A stretch of DNA of 52,288 nt, filler included, from Catajapyx aquilonaris (Eukaryota), in NCBI GenBank assembly GCA_000934665.2. It is 2 parts of 2 records of this genome, joined end to end, with 100 filler letters (N's around TTAATTAATTAA, not from the genome) between each part and the next. Parts side by side here need not be neighbours in the genome. Positions count along the whole stretch, not along the records: positions 26,209 to 52,288 come from KZ539315.1; 1 more part is not named here. The stretch is one strand, 5' to 3'. Each line of letters begins with the position of its first letter. Positions within the stretch are counted from its first letter, which is position 1. Of the stretch, positions 36,688 through 50,003 are shown piece by piece. The notes under the pieces are model-generated. The model saw nothing but the letters and a program-made list of their open reading frames with translations, searched no databases and was not told where the DNA came from. The translations under genes and the position numbers were made by a program.

Positions 36688-37034
36688 TAGCAGTACGATG
36701 GAATTAATGTCCAGCACTGTACCAACAGTCAATTAACATTCAACTACTGATGTCCGGTGGTGTTCAGAAAATGTGAAAGTACCGGGGGTTCTTGTTTTGT
36801 GCAAGCTGGAAGACTGCATTAAAGAACTGGCAACATAATTCAAGTGAATGTGATGTGTTGTGATATTCAAGTGTTCCTGTCCAGTTATGTTCACGTGAGT
36901 ACCAACATGTGATATTTTCACAAAAGCTGTTCCATGTGAGACTACTAATGAATCATATAACATGGGCTGGGTGTTACAATAAATTTTCAGAGTCCAAAAC
37001 GATTTCCCATTCATCTGGGCAACCCTACCCTGAA

Positions 37035-37386
37035 ATTTTAATTTTTTAATTTTGTTTACCCTGTGATGTCCCGTATGGGATCTATAGGGGGGTGGCACAC
37101 CACCATCAGTTTTCTATTATTTTTCCAGCTTCATTCTCTGGTGCAAGGAAACAGGGACATTTGGAAAGGATAGGGATTGTTGGATAGGGAACATGGGTGC
37201 AAGTGCAATGTGGTAGCTATGGGCCATGTGCAGTCCCCCAGGAGGTTAGGTTGCCAGACACCTCCAAGGTGCAGGTCGGAGACCCTCCCGACGCAGGCGA
37301 AAGTTAGCTCCCAGGCGGGGATCGAACCTGGGACCTTTTCACTCAGCAAGCCGAGATGTTCCCATCTCGGCCACCACACCTCCCCC
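37035..37386 (-). mobile_element. tRNA-derived SINE family B, copy 2
   Basis: Homologous to 16547-16897 over its full length; TSD CTACCCTGAA (37025-37034, 37387-37396). Confidence 0.9.
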
Positions 37387-37432
37387 CTACCCTGAATTGA
37401 CTACACCATTTACCAGTAATATTATAAACACA

Positions 37433-37735
37433 ACCGAAGCAGTGGTGGCGGAAGGGATATGGTGTCCGACTGCTAATCGGGAGGTCCTGGGTTCGATCCC
37501 CGGCGCCGGCAACTCTAACTGTGGTTTTCTGTGGTTTCCTACGGTCCCTCCAGGAGAATTCCGGAGTAGCTTCCTAATTAATAGGCCACAGCCACCTCCT
37601 TCCTTTCCTATCCTCTCCCAAAAAGCGCAGTAAGAACGAAAGCAAAGAGTTCCAGTCAAAACAAAACAAAAAAATCCCTAAAGAGCTGCCAGCTGATAAC
37701 GGGGTATGAATTATTATTATTTTATTATTATTAAT
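37433..37735 (+). mobile_element. tRNA-derived SINE family A, copy 2
   Basis: B-box GGTTCGATCCC, (TTA)n tail, 16-bp TSD TAATATTATAAACACA (37417-37432, 37736-37751). Confidence 0.92.
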
Positions 37736-37868
37736 TAATATTATAAACACACAAATTTTGTGGGAAATACTTATGCAGTGAAGTAGATTCTAGTGTAACA
37801 ATACTAGCAGCAATAGTCATAGCAGCAAAGTAGTGTTAGAATAGTACTGGTATAAAAATTTGCATTAC

Positions 37869-38035
37869 CTGTCTACATAAATCAGAGTTCCTATGGCATG
37901 TTTGCACATACTGGAATTGCCTGCTCTGCATGAGCAGGTGATGTTGCTTGTTTGCAAGCACAGCGAAACTAGCATGCTTCCTCCACAGCGAATGTGATGT
38001 GTTGGCCCTTGACCACGCAATCATTTACCTTCCAC
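37869..38035 (-). pseudogene. SWIM-type zinc finger fragment, probably transposon-derived
   Basis: NITCSCRAGNSSMCKHAIGTLIYVD (CxC...CxH) followed by an AG|GTAATG donor; upstream frame broken. Confidence 0.5.
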
Positions 38036-39477
38036 TCTACATTTCTGCTTCTTGTCCATGTACTAGTACTGCAGTATGTCCATAAATCTTACTTCCCGGG
38101 CTAGATCCATGACCTACCACTGATTTACTGCTGCCATGCTAGTACTACCTGGTACTGGGACAATCCTACCGTGGTCTGCCATGTTGGATTCAACCGGTGT
38201 CCTGGTACAGTCTGTGCCGCTAGAAAATAGTTGCTTGGTAAGTTGGTAGTTACTTGGTCTTCTGCTCTTGGGCATTTCATTTCTGAGACCCACCACCTTT
38301 GGTTGGTTGGAAGTGTAGGCTTCTTCCTATGTTTTCAGTGCCACAGTTCTGTCTGTGGTGCAAGTGGTGCTGGGTGGCTATGGAAGAGTTGCTTTTTCTG
38401 GCGCTATTCTGGTTTCTTAGGCTTGTGCAAGACAGTGCAAAAGCCAAATGTCTGCTGAAAATTCAGCATTCAGTGCTATCCGCTTCTTTCCTCTTCAGTG
38501 TTACTACACTGAAGTACCTAGGTTTTTTCCAACCCTGAATACACCTGGTATTGCTAATCTGGGAACTATTGAGTCATTACTGGTGATTGTTATTCTGTGG
38601 TTTAATCCAGTGCAGTACAGTACAAGGTACAGTCAATAATGTGATGTCATTGATCTGATCATGCATCAGCATCAGGGATGGTTTTTGGTGTGTGCATTTT
38701 GGGGGTTTAAGAGGGTTGGTAAGATAGTCTGCTCCGCCCTGGTTGCTTTCAGCATGGGAAGTCCACCTGTTCGCAAACACGCAGTCATCAAGTTCAGTTT
38801 TCAATGATCTCACTGTTGGGTTTAATAAGGAGGGAGAGGAGCTTCAATTTTTCTGTTTGACTAACTGGCAAGGCTCAATTTGCAGTTGGGAGGTTCCGTT
38901 TCAAATCAGGCAGAGGCTGTCAGGGCTTGGTCTCCGATTATTACGGATAAATTACACGAAGTACGGCTGTCAAAATGGTGATGAATGACACTGGCTATTT
39001 TTCATGTCATTTTTTATTTGCACTGAAAAAATCATAACTGCAGGGGTACCAAATCTGCTATTTCTCGAAGTTCATTTTTTCTCAACTCTGGACACTTGTA
39101 CCAATTTTCCCATAAGTTACACAAAAACCAAATTTGGTATGGAGCAACTGCCTACGTAGGTCTGAATTTTCAATATAAAATAATTGCGAAAGTATGATTA
39201 ACAACTGCGGGAAAATGGGCAAAAATGCTGTTTTACGAAATTGTTGAACATTGTTAACTTCGCAAAACATGGTTCAAAACACCCCCGGGATAATTGAACA
39301 CCTATTTATTTCTGGGCAGAGGAACATCTGAGCTGAACCAGTGCAAAAAAATTTCTCCTCCTAACGTTTGTGATCCTGATTTGAATTTTATTACTTACTC
39401 GTTTCCGGCGCTCTTCATGGAGCCCACTGACCCAGTCCCATGACTCATAGCATCATGTACGGTACATTTGGTTAGAA

Positions 39478-40267
39478 CAGCGGTTTTCAAACTGGGGTAC
39501 GCGTACCCCTGGGGGTACGGGAACACAATTTTGGGGGTACGCGAAAGATTTCGTGTAATGGCGTCGGTTGTCTACATTTGTGGGGGAAAAAAGAGAGAAA
39601 AATCATGGGACAAACAAACCTATCGACTGACTGTGGAAAACGACTGCTTGAGACTAAAATTGACGTCACTTGTAGAGTACCAAACATTGACCACTTGTGC
39701 GCAACCAAGCAACCAGACCCATCACACTAACTGTAGAGTCGCCGGACAAAACGTCACATGTCCATCCGCGGGCGAAGATGAGATTTTGATACTAAAATAT
39801 TGTTCACCTTCAAATGCATAGTTACAGAAACTCCCGTGTTTCAAAGCGACACAGAAACCATTTTGTTTTCAGCATGAAAAATGAGTGGTGGAGCAAAATG
39901 TCACGCTTTCTCTTACTGCTGTGGGGCATAGCGATACATATCCCAAATGGCCAATCATGGAGAGTGAGCGTGTCAACATGGCAGCGCCCATGGCTTGATT
40001 CTTGTCATTCTCTATTGGCACTGCAACTGTGTAACCATGTCCAAGCATATGCGAGGCTCCTGGTAGCTATTGCAGAAATCACGCCCTGGCGGAAAATTTG
40101 TCTCCGTGGATATGTGACGTTCTGACCGGCGACTCCACATACTGGTAATAAGTGCTCACAATTACGATTATAAATTATAAATTATATAGTAGGATGAAAA
40201 TGGGGGTACAAACTGTCTTGACAAATTTAAAAGGGGGTACGCGGCGAAAAAAGTTTGGGAAGCCCTG
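39478..40267. mobile_element. hAT (Charlie/Buster-like) non-autonomous element
   Basis: TIRs CAGCGGTTTTCAAACT / AGTTTGGGAAGCCCTG, exact 8-bp TSD GGTTAGAA, GGGGTAC subterminal repeats. Confidence 0.88.
39732..40139. mobile_element. TIR element nested in the hAT element
   Basis: ~32-bp IR TGT(A/G)GAGTCGCCGG(A/T)CA(A/G)AACGTCACAT(G/A)TCC. Confidence 0.75.
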
Positions 40268-40405
40268 GGTTAGAACTTCTCTCGTTCGTGTAGGTTACAT
40301 GTGATTGTATGATACCTTGAATCTTATATCTGATACTGGTTAATGCTATGTGAGGTCCGGTGAGGTCAAATCAGTCATAGAGGTATTTCAAAGTAGTACT
40401 CACAA

Positions 40406-40810
40406 GGGAGGCGGAGTGGTGCTGCGGTAACATATGTGCCCACGGATGTAAGGTCCCGGGTTCCATCCCAACCCGGGGACACCCCCTTCATCTCGTGGAG
40501 AGTTCAGAGTCACCTCTGGCTTCGTCTCAGGTGGTATTTCCACAGACTAAACCACCCGGGGGAGTTCACTAAAAATGGCCACATTAAGACATTGCACTGC
40601 ACCTTGCACACCCCCTCCTGTCATCCTGCCCATGGGCCCGGGCATTACGTATAAAGGCTCCAATGTACCCGACATAATAAATAAAGGTCCGTGCTGCATA
40701 CTTCAGATAAGGTCAAGCACTACCTCAGATTATTATTATGATGATTATTATTATGATGATGATGATGAATATTATTATTATTATTAGTGGTAGTGGTAGT
40801 AGTAGTAGTA
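40406..40810 (+). mobile_element. Probable tRNA-derived SINE family D with compound microsatellite tail
   Basis: A-box-like TGGTGCTGCGG, B-box-like GGTTCCATCCC, tail (TTA)/(TGA)/(TAG)n at ~40729-40810. Confidence 0.55.
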
Positions 40811-40849
40811 GTAGTAGCAGTAGCAGTAGTAAGATTTTCCCTGAAGTCA

Positions 40850-41830
40850 CACCAAAATAATGTTGTGCGGTTCTTTGCACAGTAACCTGGCCATGTTTCA
40901 CGTTCCAGTAATGGTTGGACTGTATACCATGAAACTGTTTCACTTTCTGCCATAGTTTTACGAAATTGTGTGATTTCTTCGCTTGGCAAGTCTCATTAGG
41001 TCACATGAGGGATGGAAGATCGCAGCACCTCAGCCAACTTTTAAGTAATAGTTGAGTGGGGTGCACTGTTGCACTGTTCCGCAAGTTGTGCGCTGTCGCA
41101 ATATGCTTCACTAACCCTCCTACTCCATCGCAGGGTCCTTTACCACGCCCGGCAGCTGTGAAGACCCACTCCCTCTCAGGAGTTTCACTTTGCTCAAGTT
41201 CATATTTTTGGTATCTCCTTTTAAAATGACTGGGTGCACCATCGGACACATAGGAAACTCGACTAGTATTCTGCCCAATGATCGATTCCTCAACTTTCAT
41301 TCTCGCTAGAATAGCATGAGCCGAGTCATGCGACGTATCGTCACTGACAACAGCGACACTCCTCACGTTGTCACCCCAGTCTGCCACGAAGGTGAACACT
41401 GTGTTCTGCGTCTTCGCCCAGTGGTAGCTCTGAATTTCGTCGGGAAGTATAACAAGTAGTACAGTCCAATTTTCAGCGTTGACTGTTTGCCAAACTCGCG
41501 ACCCTGTCCTTGAAACTACCAAGTAAGTGTTCCTGTTGTATTTGTCATATTCTGTACTATCAGTCCACCAAGAATTGTCGCAGCGGCAGCGCACGAACTA
41601 CAGTCTACGAGCACTTCTCCATTGACTTCTCCCCCCGGAAGTGCTCGTAACTGTAGTTCGTGCGCTGCCGCTGCGACAATTCTTGGTGGACTGATAGTAC
41701 AAGAACAACTATTCCGTCAACAATGGCGGTCTTCACATTTTGCCTGCAAGGAGCGGGATGTCATCCGTACAGTAGACTACTTAGCTGTTTTCGCCACTGG
41801 AGAGGGGCATCCATTACTTGCTGCAATCAT
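40850..41830 (-). pseudogene. Second decayed Sola2-like transposase, disrupted by a MITE
   Basis: AENW...PDEIQSYHW...SDDTSHD...VSDGAPSHFK...WVFTAAGRGKGPCDGVGGLVK. Boundaries approximate. Confidence 0.75.
41557..41697. mobile_element. 141-bp fold-back MITE, copy 2
   Basis: Nearly identical to 5623-5763; TA TSD in GTAC context. Confidence 0.9.
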
Positions 41831-43537
41831 CCCCAAAAATTAATGTCAATAGTGTGAACTAGTGTGGCTGTTTCGGTCAGCATATTTCCTGATGAGGGAA
41901 CCCTGAACGAGGTTTACTTCTCTTTCAAGAGATCCTAATGTTTCATCATCTTGGTGTTGCTCATGGGTGGGTGTTATGAAGGGTGTTATGTTGTTATTTG
42001 AGATGAGGTTCAACTCCTATCACACCTTCTATTACAGTAATATATAGTGCTTTGTTTCAGCGGAAATTGTACGGTTTTGTTATATTAGGTAATGTCACAT
42101 CATTCGTGTTACTCGGTGGTTGATTGTTCGCCCAAACAAATCCATGGAATTTTCAGCGTTGAGAGAGTATTCCTTTTTATGGTATAAATAATAATTACCC
42201 GTACTGTAGACACTGATGCTCTGGATTGAGCATCACGGCATGGTAATCATTTCATCGTCTTTTACGATGTCATTCTTTAAAATAATTTCTGTCCTCCAAA
42301 AGTTAACTTTGTATCGTGCACATTTTAGGCCTGCAATAATTGAGAATGCGGGAATTTCCGGAAAGACCGGAAGAAAATGTCTCCCTGATCGGTAGCTTTT
42401 CTTCTTTATAGATGTGAGGTGAGGCGATGCAGATGCATGTCTCCTGAAGTGATCTGGGTTCACTTATTAACTCGGTTTTCAGGCGATTCATTGCCAGACT
42501 CTGCGATGAGGCATTATTATAATTAGGCTCTAAGCCGAAACCATGAAAATTGTAATGAATAGACACAGACGTTGGTTTCAGAGGAAGTATATAATAATAA
42601 TAATTAACTAAAAATTATCGCGAGTCTCCATGGGAGTTATTTCATATTTACTCAGGAGAGGTTAGTATATGAGCCATTTTGTTTCATTTTATGCAAATTA
42701 TTATCAACTGAGAGGTCTGCCATGTGATGATGAATGATGGTTACAGAGTCTCTGAATATTTTGAACAGATGCAATAGGACACCCTCAGTGGCATCATGTC
42801 TGCGTCTGGCATAATAGGCACTCTTCCCATTGAATTGGTGGAATAGAAGTTTCGAGCGATGTGTCATCTACAACCAACTCGTGCTTCCTCTTCAGTGACA
42901 TTGCAGTTCTTCTTTCAAGTAGTCAGGAGCATGTCTTCAACCCGGAAGGGAAAAAAAGCTATTTGATATTAATAAGGCGATCATAGGTTTTAAAAATACA
43001 TGGTGTATATTGTAATTCGGGACAGACTTCTAGGGCGTGTAGGGGTTGCCGAAGGAAGCAATTTGAGTTAGCACACATATGGTATGGTCGGAAATAAACC
43101 CATCCGAAAGGGGCTACGGGATCTTTCAAAGTCCCATTATTGTAACAATATATTGTTCAATTATTGAACGAAATTGTTTACAACAACTTTTTTAATATTT
43201 TATTTTAAACCATAAAGGCCCCGCGCCAATGTATCTCATGTTTATAGCAACTATGAAAACTGTGCAAATATACTTAAATAGTTCAGTTAATGGAAATATC
43301 GGATACACTCAACAAAAGGTTATATGCTTATTTATAAAATTCATAAGAATATAGGAAAATAACTTACATTTTACACTAAAAGAAGGACCAGCTTGCAGCA
43401 TGCTATTAACATTCGCCATTTCTTGCGCCATTTATATCAATGCGTCTTTCCGATTAATGGACACGTGTGTGCTGCCATCCAAATGTCCTAAAGGAAACTG
43501 CAGTATTGGATGACGTATTAGGACAGGGATATTCAAC

Positions 43538-44271
43538 TAATTATTTCGTCATGCAGACAAGTTTTGTCGACGCGTCGTCTGACTTTATAACCGATGCTGC
43601 AGCTCTCCTCATTTGCCTCTCGAGCGGCAGTGGCTGCACTGCTCGACCTGGGCTTGCTACATGTCATATTTTAGCACAACTTGTCCACCCTTTTCTGTTG
43701 CATGTTAATGTAAGGTAACAGCTACACCAAATAACTTGGTAGCTATGTTTTTGGCGTTGTCACTGATTTTGTGGAGCCATAGGAAAGTCTAATATATTGG
43801 TCTGTCAATATCAAGGACAGCATTATTTCAGAGATCGGGGGGATGCCGACGAGTGATTGTCTGTGTCGCAAGACGGGCTTCTGTGGTATATTAGATGGCC
43901 AATGCTCACCATGCCGACCTCCCTCCGAGTTCTTTCCTCCACCCCCTTCTTTAGTATACGAACTGGAACGAATATTGTTGCATCGTGTCTCGTGGCCGAA
44001 GGTGTATTTTTTTATTTTATTTTTTTGGTGTGCTCTTGCCCTTCTTTTTTTGAGATGCGACCAAGGTGAGCGCTGTCGTCCTGGGTCTGGGTCTCTCAGT
44101 ATCTTTTTCCGTCATGTTCTCGAGCATTGCGCTGCGGGTACCTGCCTTGATGTCTGATTTCAGGAATGCAATTTACAGTGTGTGTGGCCACATCTGAGCC
44201 AAGTGTAGCCACTCTGGCTCCTCTGTTTTCTCTCCGTAATACAAAGTGATCATACGTTATCCCACTTTTAT
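43538..44271 (+). repeat. ~733-bp direct repeat, copy A
   Basis: Near-identical to 48290-49022 by inspection. Confidence 0.95.
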
Positions 44272-45599
44272 CCGACCCCACTAAGGAGTCCGTTCCATAT
44301 AAATAAGAGTTAGCAGTAGCAGGCGGCATTTCCAGTCAAGGCGCAGTGACGATATCATCCTGAACCGTCCTGGTCTTTCATATTGTCATGTTCTGGAAAT
44401 ATCGGCTCATGTCTTCCCACGATGGTTTCCTCAATTGGGCGGACACACTGTCTCGTCCTTCGCTGTCACGATGCCATACGTACGTGCAATCTTTGTGCCT
44501 TCAAGGAGTATACAAGTTACACATTAGCCCTGGAGGTAGTTTTATTTAATAATTTTGTACACGTCCAGATACCTATACAGGTTATGATGCGAGTCATGTT
44601 CAACTCACATGGAATTTTCCATAATTTTATGGTGTGTCATGTCAGCACTAAAAACTTTCGTATTTGGGAGGTTTTCTTTAATTTCAGAATTTCGGGTAAA
44701 TGATTCTCAACCTGTAATGAATATGCATTTTTAGTTAATGATAACTGAAATACTGTAGTACAGTGTACACAAATCACAAATTATTTTAAATGACTTAACA
44801 CAAATGACTAAAGTCTTAAGCCTAAAAATTTAACCAAAATAAACATTTTTAATGATATGTTGAAGTACCGTATATAAAAAGATGTAGAACAATATACTTG
44901 TCAAATGAGACCCGCTGTAAGGTTCAGTGTGAATTTCATTATCCCATTCATGGTCTTCCGTCGGAATTCTCTCTTCAGGCATGTAAAGGGTGAATTTCCT
45001 ACTATATCCAAACTCTGATGCAGTTTTTGTAATATATTTTATGATAGGAACCACGATGGGCACTTACAGTTATTATAATCAAATACCGTACGTCAAATGA
45101 AAATATAGATTTTTGAAATCAGTAGACAAGTCAGTGACAAATTTATAATAGCATCAGCGCGGGGCCCCTATCAGCGCGGGGCCTGTAGCATGTGCTACAT
45201 GTGCTACTATGTAAAACCGCCCCTGATTATAGGCGGAAGATGTTCTAAGTCGTCTGTCTTACAAAATCTTTCTAAGAGAATATGCAAGTCGTGCAATAGT
45301 CGAAGGTTATACCTGTCGCGTGCGACAATATTGTTGCATACTGAATAGAAAAATTATGCAAATTATGCTTGTACGTAATGCAAGGAAAAAGGTTTGTTTT
45401 TTGGTAGTTCCCTTCATTATTCGGTGTTGAAGTTCAACTGCTATCAAACCACCTATTAATAGTATATGGGTTATTCTAAATTTACTCGCACTTTTCCACT
45501 TTTTCAGCAGTTTGTTTATGTTTTTGTTACACTTCAATCACAATTATTACATTATGGACCGTGTGTAAGGTTTGGCTTTGATAAAGACGGAAGGTCCTT

Positions 45600-46020
45600 T
45601 AGTTGAAATGTCAGTGTTATAGGAAAATGGTCCGATTCTGTTTGTTTGCTGGTGTAGAATTTAAAACACTTCTCTAGCATGGAATTTGAGACACTCCCCA
45701 AATCAATCACACTATACAACCCATTGTACTCAGATAGGTAAGGCCAGAATTTCCAATTAACGCATCGTTTAGATCCTGTTCTAAAAGGAATTCAATTAGT
45801 ATTTTTCCTCTCTTATTTATTATTGGGTCAGCTGATTCCCTTTTTCGTAAATATGGGGTGTTTTTTGAGGGCCGGAATTGCATATTGCTTTGTTCAAACA
45901 TGCTTGATCCTGTTGCCTTTGATCTGTCGGTTTGTGTCATAAATCGCTGAGGGTATACTCTTCTACATGGTTCATGTGAGTTTTATTCCCGCTGGAAGGT
46001 CGCCATAATTTCTTTGTCTC
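45600..46020 (-). pseudogene. Non-LTR APE endonuclease fragment
   Basis: INKRGKILIEFLLEQDL...LTYLSTMG/SVIDL...ESDHFPI. Confidence 0.7.
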
Positions 46021-47646
46021 TGCGTCAACAACCCGAATAATTACATGGAACACACGTCTTAATGATTTTTTTTTTTTTCTCGAAAGAATATACGAGTAGG
46101 CCTACATGTCATGAGTTGGAATGTACTGCTGATAGTGATAACGCATCAAGCTTGATGCTGTCAGTGACTTCCATGATCGCGCTGTTTTCTCCTGAGGACA
46201 TCCGCCAATTGGTCTTCTCTTTTTTACGTGTTTGGAGAAAATTACTGGTACAAAATGGCTTCGAATATTTTGAAGGGTCAATTCATTACTGATTAGCGTA
46301 AATCAGGCGTCCTTTTAATACATAATTTCTGAGCACGCGTTGCTTGGAGCTACAAGATATTGGGACACATCCAGTGACGCTTGTGACTTTTAGAAGTTGC
46401 CTGAGATAATTATAATGGTGACTTTAATATGGCAAGGTCATATACCCGAATTACATAATAAAGGCCATGGAATAGGTGAGATCCTTCTGTTCTATACTCT
46501 TCGCTTTTACATTGCAAATAGAACAACTCGCTAATTGCATGCAAGAACCATATTCGCCTCAGGCCCAGAGCCTTTTCGGCGGAATTTTATCCGAAATCGT
46601 ATTTTTAAAATACATTTTATGCACAAGCACCCATGATTTATTAGGTTTCAGATTCTGCAGACAATTATTTCGGTCAGCCCAATCCTTATGGGGGGCTTTA
46701 CGTGTTTCTGGTAAATTTGAGTACGCAGTTTTCGCCTGCCTGGTGTGGTTGCTGAGGAATCTCGGAATTTGGAGTAATGTCCTCTGGGGCAGTGCCCACA
46801 TTGGGCTCGTCTTGGCCATCACGGGGAGTCTCATCCTTGTGGTTATCCGCAGCTTTAGTCACAATATTATGTTGTTTCTTTCGCCATCAGAGACACTACT
46901 AACTTATTGTAATATGAAATGGACCTCTGACCTCATTTATTAGTGCAGCCACTTTTCTTTAGAGATAAAGCTTCATAAGGAGAGATGAAAGACACGTGGT
47001 AAGGGAATTATTGTGATAAGATTGGTGAACTTCCATCTCTTTATAATAGTATGAGATGCTACATCTGCCCATTAAAAATTGCTTTTATCGTATTGACGTA
47101 TACATTATCAACATGTATGAAGAAATTAGGAGTGTCTTTGTAAATGCATATAATTTATATATATTCCCTTCAATAAGTCTCTTTCCCGTGGCCTGATGGC
47201 TGCCCATGATCTGGCCCATTTGGACTTTTCCTCAAGTTCCACATATCATCCTTCTGCTCATCAGAGTCCACGTGGATGTGTATTTGTCTTTCATGTGCTT
47301 GTTTTAATTACATTGCCGTAGGACTAAACATGTCTGCCTCCACTGCCATCCGCCATTTGCATGTCAAAAGGAGAAACCGCCGTAGTTCCCCTTCCCACCA
47401 CCACCCTTGGCGCCACGGCGCCACGGCGCCAGGCGTTGTTACCCTCTCTTTCTTCTCCTGGCCACGAGAAGTGCGTCTCTTTCTCTCCTTCCAAGTCTGG
47501 TTCTCTTCTAGTCTCGCCCAGGGGCAGACCCCACACCCCATTGGAGGACGGGGGAGATACAACCTACGTGTGGACACGGGTGAGTCCAGGGTATGATGCT
47601 CCTCATGTCTTTTGTATGCCAGGTATGATCGTCACTGCCAATCATA

Positions 47647-47759
47647 AACATGGGTAGTCACACCATCTTGTTGCCAACGAGCACGAGTGTTGCTTGTAAC
47701 TCACGTTCACATAATTATTTCGTCATGCAGACAACTTTTGTCGACGCGGCGTCTGACTT
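47647..47759 (+). repeat. Short partial copy of the repeat start
   Basis: Matches 48225-48337 and overlaps the start of copies A/B. Confidence 0.9.
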
Positions 47760-48289
47760 GATACACACTGAAAACCTGGTGTGCATAATTTTATTCACTT
47801 ACCAACTCGAAACTGGGACAGGTGAATAATATGAAGATGTCGAGAGTTCTGAGTTCTATTCTGACATTATATTGACACAATATGACATCTGGTCATGTTA
47901 CGATTATGGACCATCAGATGATGCGTCTCATCGCTTGAGTGGACTGGAGTTACTCCGAACGATTCCATGTCTTTTTCGTCTAACTCTGACAGTATTACAT
48001 GCCCTTCACCTGAAAGCGCTTGAGTTGCTAAGGTGCACCTTGACTCAGGATCGCTGAAATTATCTAATGGCACTAGATGCACATGACTACAGTAGTAGTA
48101 GTATACACGGTCATAAACCACTTTGACCATAATATATTTGTAATGTGGATTTATTGCGGGCATTTTTGTCGTCTGGATACAATGTGAGTTACATTCATTT
48201 CTTCTGGTGGCGGATAGGCCAAATAACATGGGTAGTTACACCATCTTGTTGCCAACGAGCACGAGTGTTGCTCGTAACTCACGTTCACA

Positions 48290-49022
48290 TAATTATTTCG
48301 TCATGCAGACAAGTTTTGTCGACGCGTCGTCTGACTTTATAACCGATGCTGCAGCTCTCCTCATTTGCCTCTCGAGCGGCAGTGGCTGCACTGCTCGACC
48401 TGGGCTTGCTACATGTCATATTTTAGCACAACTTGTGCACCCTTATATCTGTTGCATGTTAATGTAAGGTAACAGCTACACCAAATAACTTGGTAGCTAT
48501 GTTTTTGGCGTTGTCACTGCTTTTGTGGAGCCATAGGAAAGTCTAATTGGTCTGTAAATATCAAGGACAGCATTATTTCAGAGATCGGGGGGATGCCGAC
48601 GAGTGATTGTCTGTGTCGCAAGACGTGCTTCTGTGGTATATTAGATGGCCAATGCTCACCATGCCGACCTCCCTCTGAGTTCTTTCCTCCACCCCCTTCT
48701 TTAGTATACGAACTGGAACGAATATTGTTGCATCGTGTCTCGTGGCCGAAGGTGTATTTATTTTTTTTTATTTTTTTGGTGTGCTCTTGCCCTTCTTTTT
48801 TTGAGATGCGACCAAGGTGAGCGCTGTCGTCCTGGGTCTGGGTCTCTCAGTATCTTTTTCTGTCATGTTCTCGAGCATTGCGCTGCGGGTACCTGCCTTG
48901 ATGTCTGATTTCAGGAATGCAATTTACAGTGTGTGTGGCCACATCTGAGCCAAGTGTAGCCACTCTGGCTCCTCTGTTTTCTCTTCGTAATACAAAGTGA
49001 TCATACGTTATCCCACTTTTAT
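48290..49022 (+). repeat. ~733-bp direct repeat, copy B
   Basis: Near-identical to 43538-44271. Confidence 0.95.
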
Positions 49023-50003
49023 GGAAATGTAAGCAAATACGTCGCAACGATGTCATTCACGTTCCATTTTAAAATTTAATTTTTGTATATTTTTGAGAAA
49101 AGGTGGTTGTGATAGTAATGCGCAACGTTGCCTCTTTGCAATAATTCTTGCGCAGAAGAAGGCCGTTTTGTGTCTGTCATTCCATCTTTCATCTCCCAAA
49201 TGTGATTGACCTCCGAACTTGGCCATTTCAATGTTTGGGCGGTATACGTGTAGCATAATGTAGAATTTTTCATTTACATCCACTGCTGACTTATGACTCA
49301 CAATATTATAAATGCCTGTAAAGTTAGCCCGGCTAACTCATCAGTATGAATGCTGTAAGGTTAGGAAGGGTAGTGTGAAAGATTCTCTCCATTACGATTT
49401 CTAAAAGGATCTGTGGCAATTTTTTCTCGTAATGTTTGGAGACGTTACTCGCGCCTCATACCTATGATTGCATCACAGCTATAATTAATCGGGGAGACCC
49501 AGGCTTGATACTTGAAATTTAGGAAACTTCTGGAATGGAAACCACTCTTTCTTCTCTCAAAGACTGATATTTTTGGTGACATTCTTTGCGTACGCTGGAT
49601 GAACATCCCGCTCATGACTCGCTGGATGGTCATTACTGATTGTGGTCCAGGTGGATTCAAGGCGGAATAAGCACAGTACCGGTATGTAGAGCAGCAAGGA
49701 AGCAAATTACTTTAACATAATGAAAAGCAGCAAAAGGAGAAAGTAAACAAGAGTATTGGAATTCACTGTAGTATGTTTATTATGTGAAATGCGAGACACC
49801 CACTATGTTCCTGTGCAGAATGAAAGATCTGTCCACCACGTATAGGTCACTCCGCCACCGTGTCGCCCAAGATTTTACTATAATAATATATGTTACAAGA
49901 TCCGGAGATGTTGCTGGAAAGTTGCAGAATGCCTTCTTTTTAGGTTGCGACTGATGGAATGGTCGAAGTTGAACATATTTTGGATGATCCCTGTCCTCCC
50001 TCC

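Noticed and set aside
40720..40989. ORFs with poly-T/N/H or poly-L/I tracts
   Set aside because: Translations of a compound trinucleotide microsatellite.
43538..49022. LTR retrotransposon bounded by the 733-bp repeats
   Set aside because: No TG...CA termini, TSD, PBS/PPT or gag-pol remnants.
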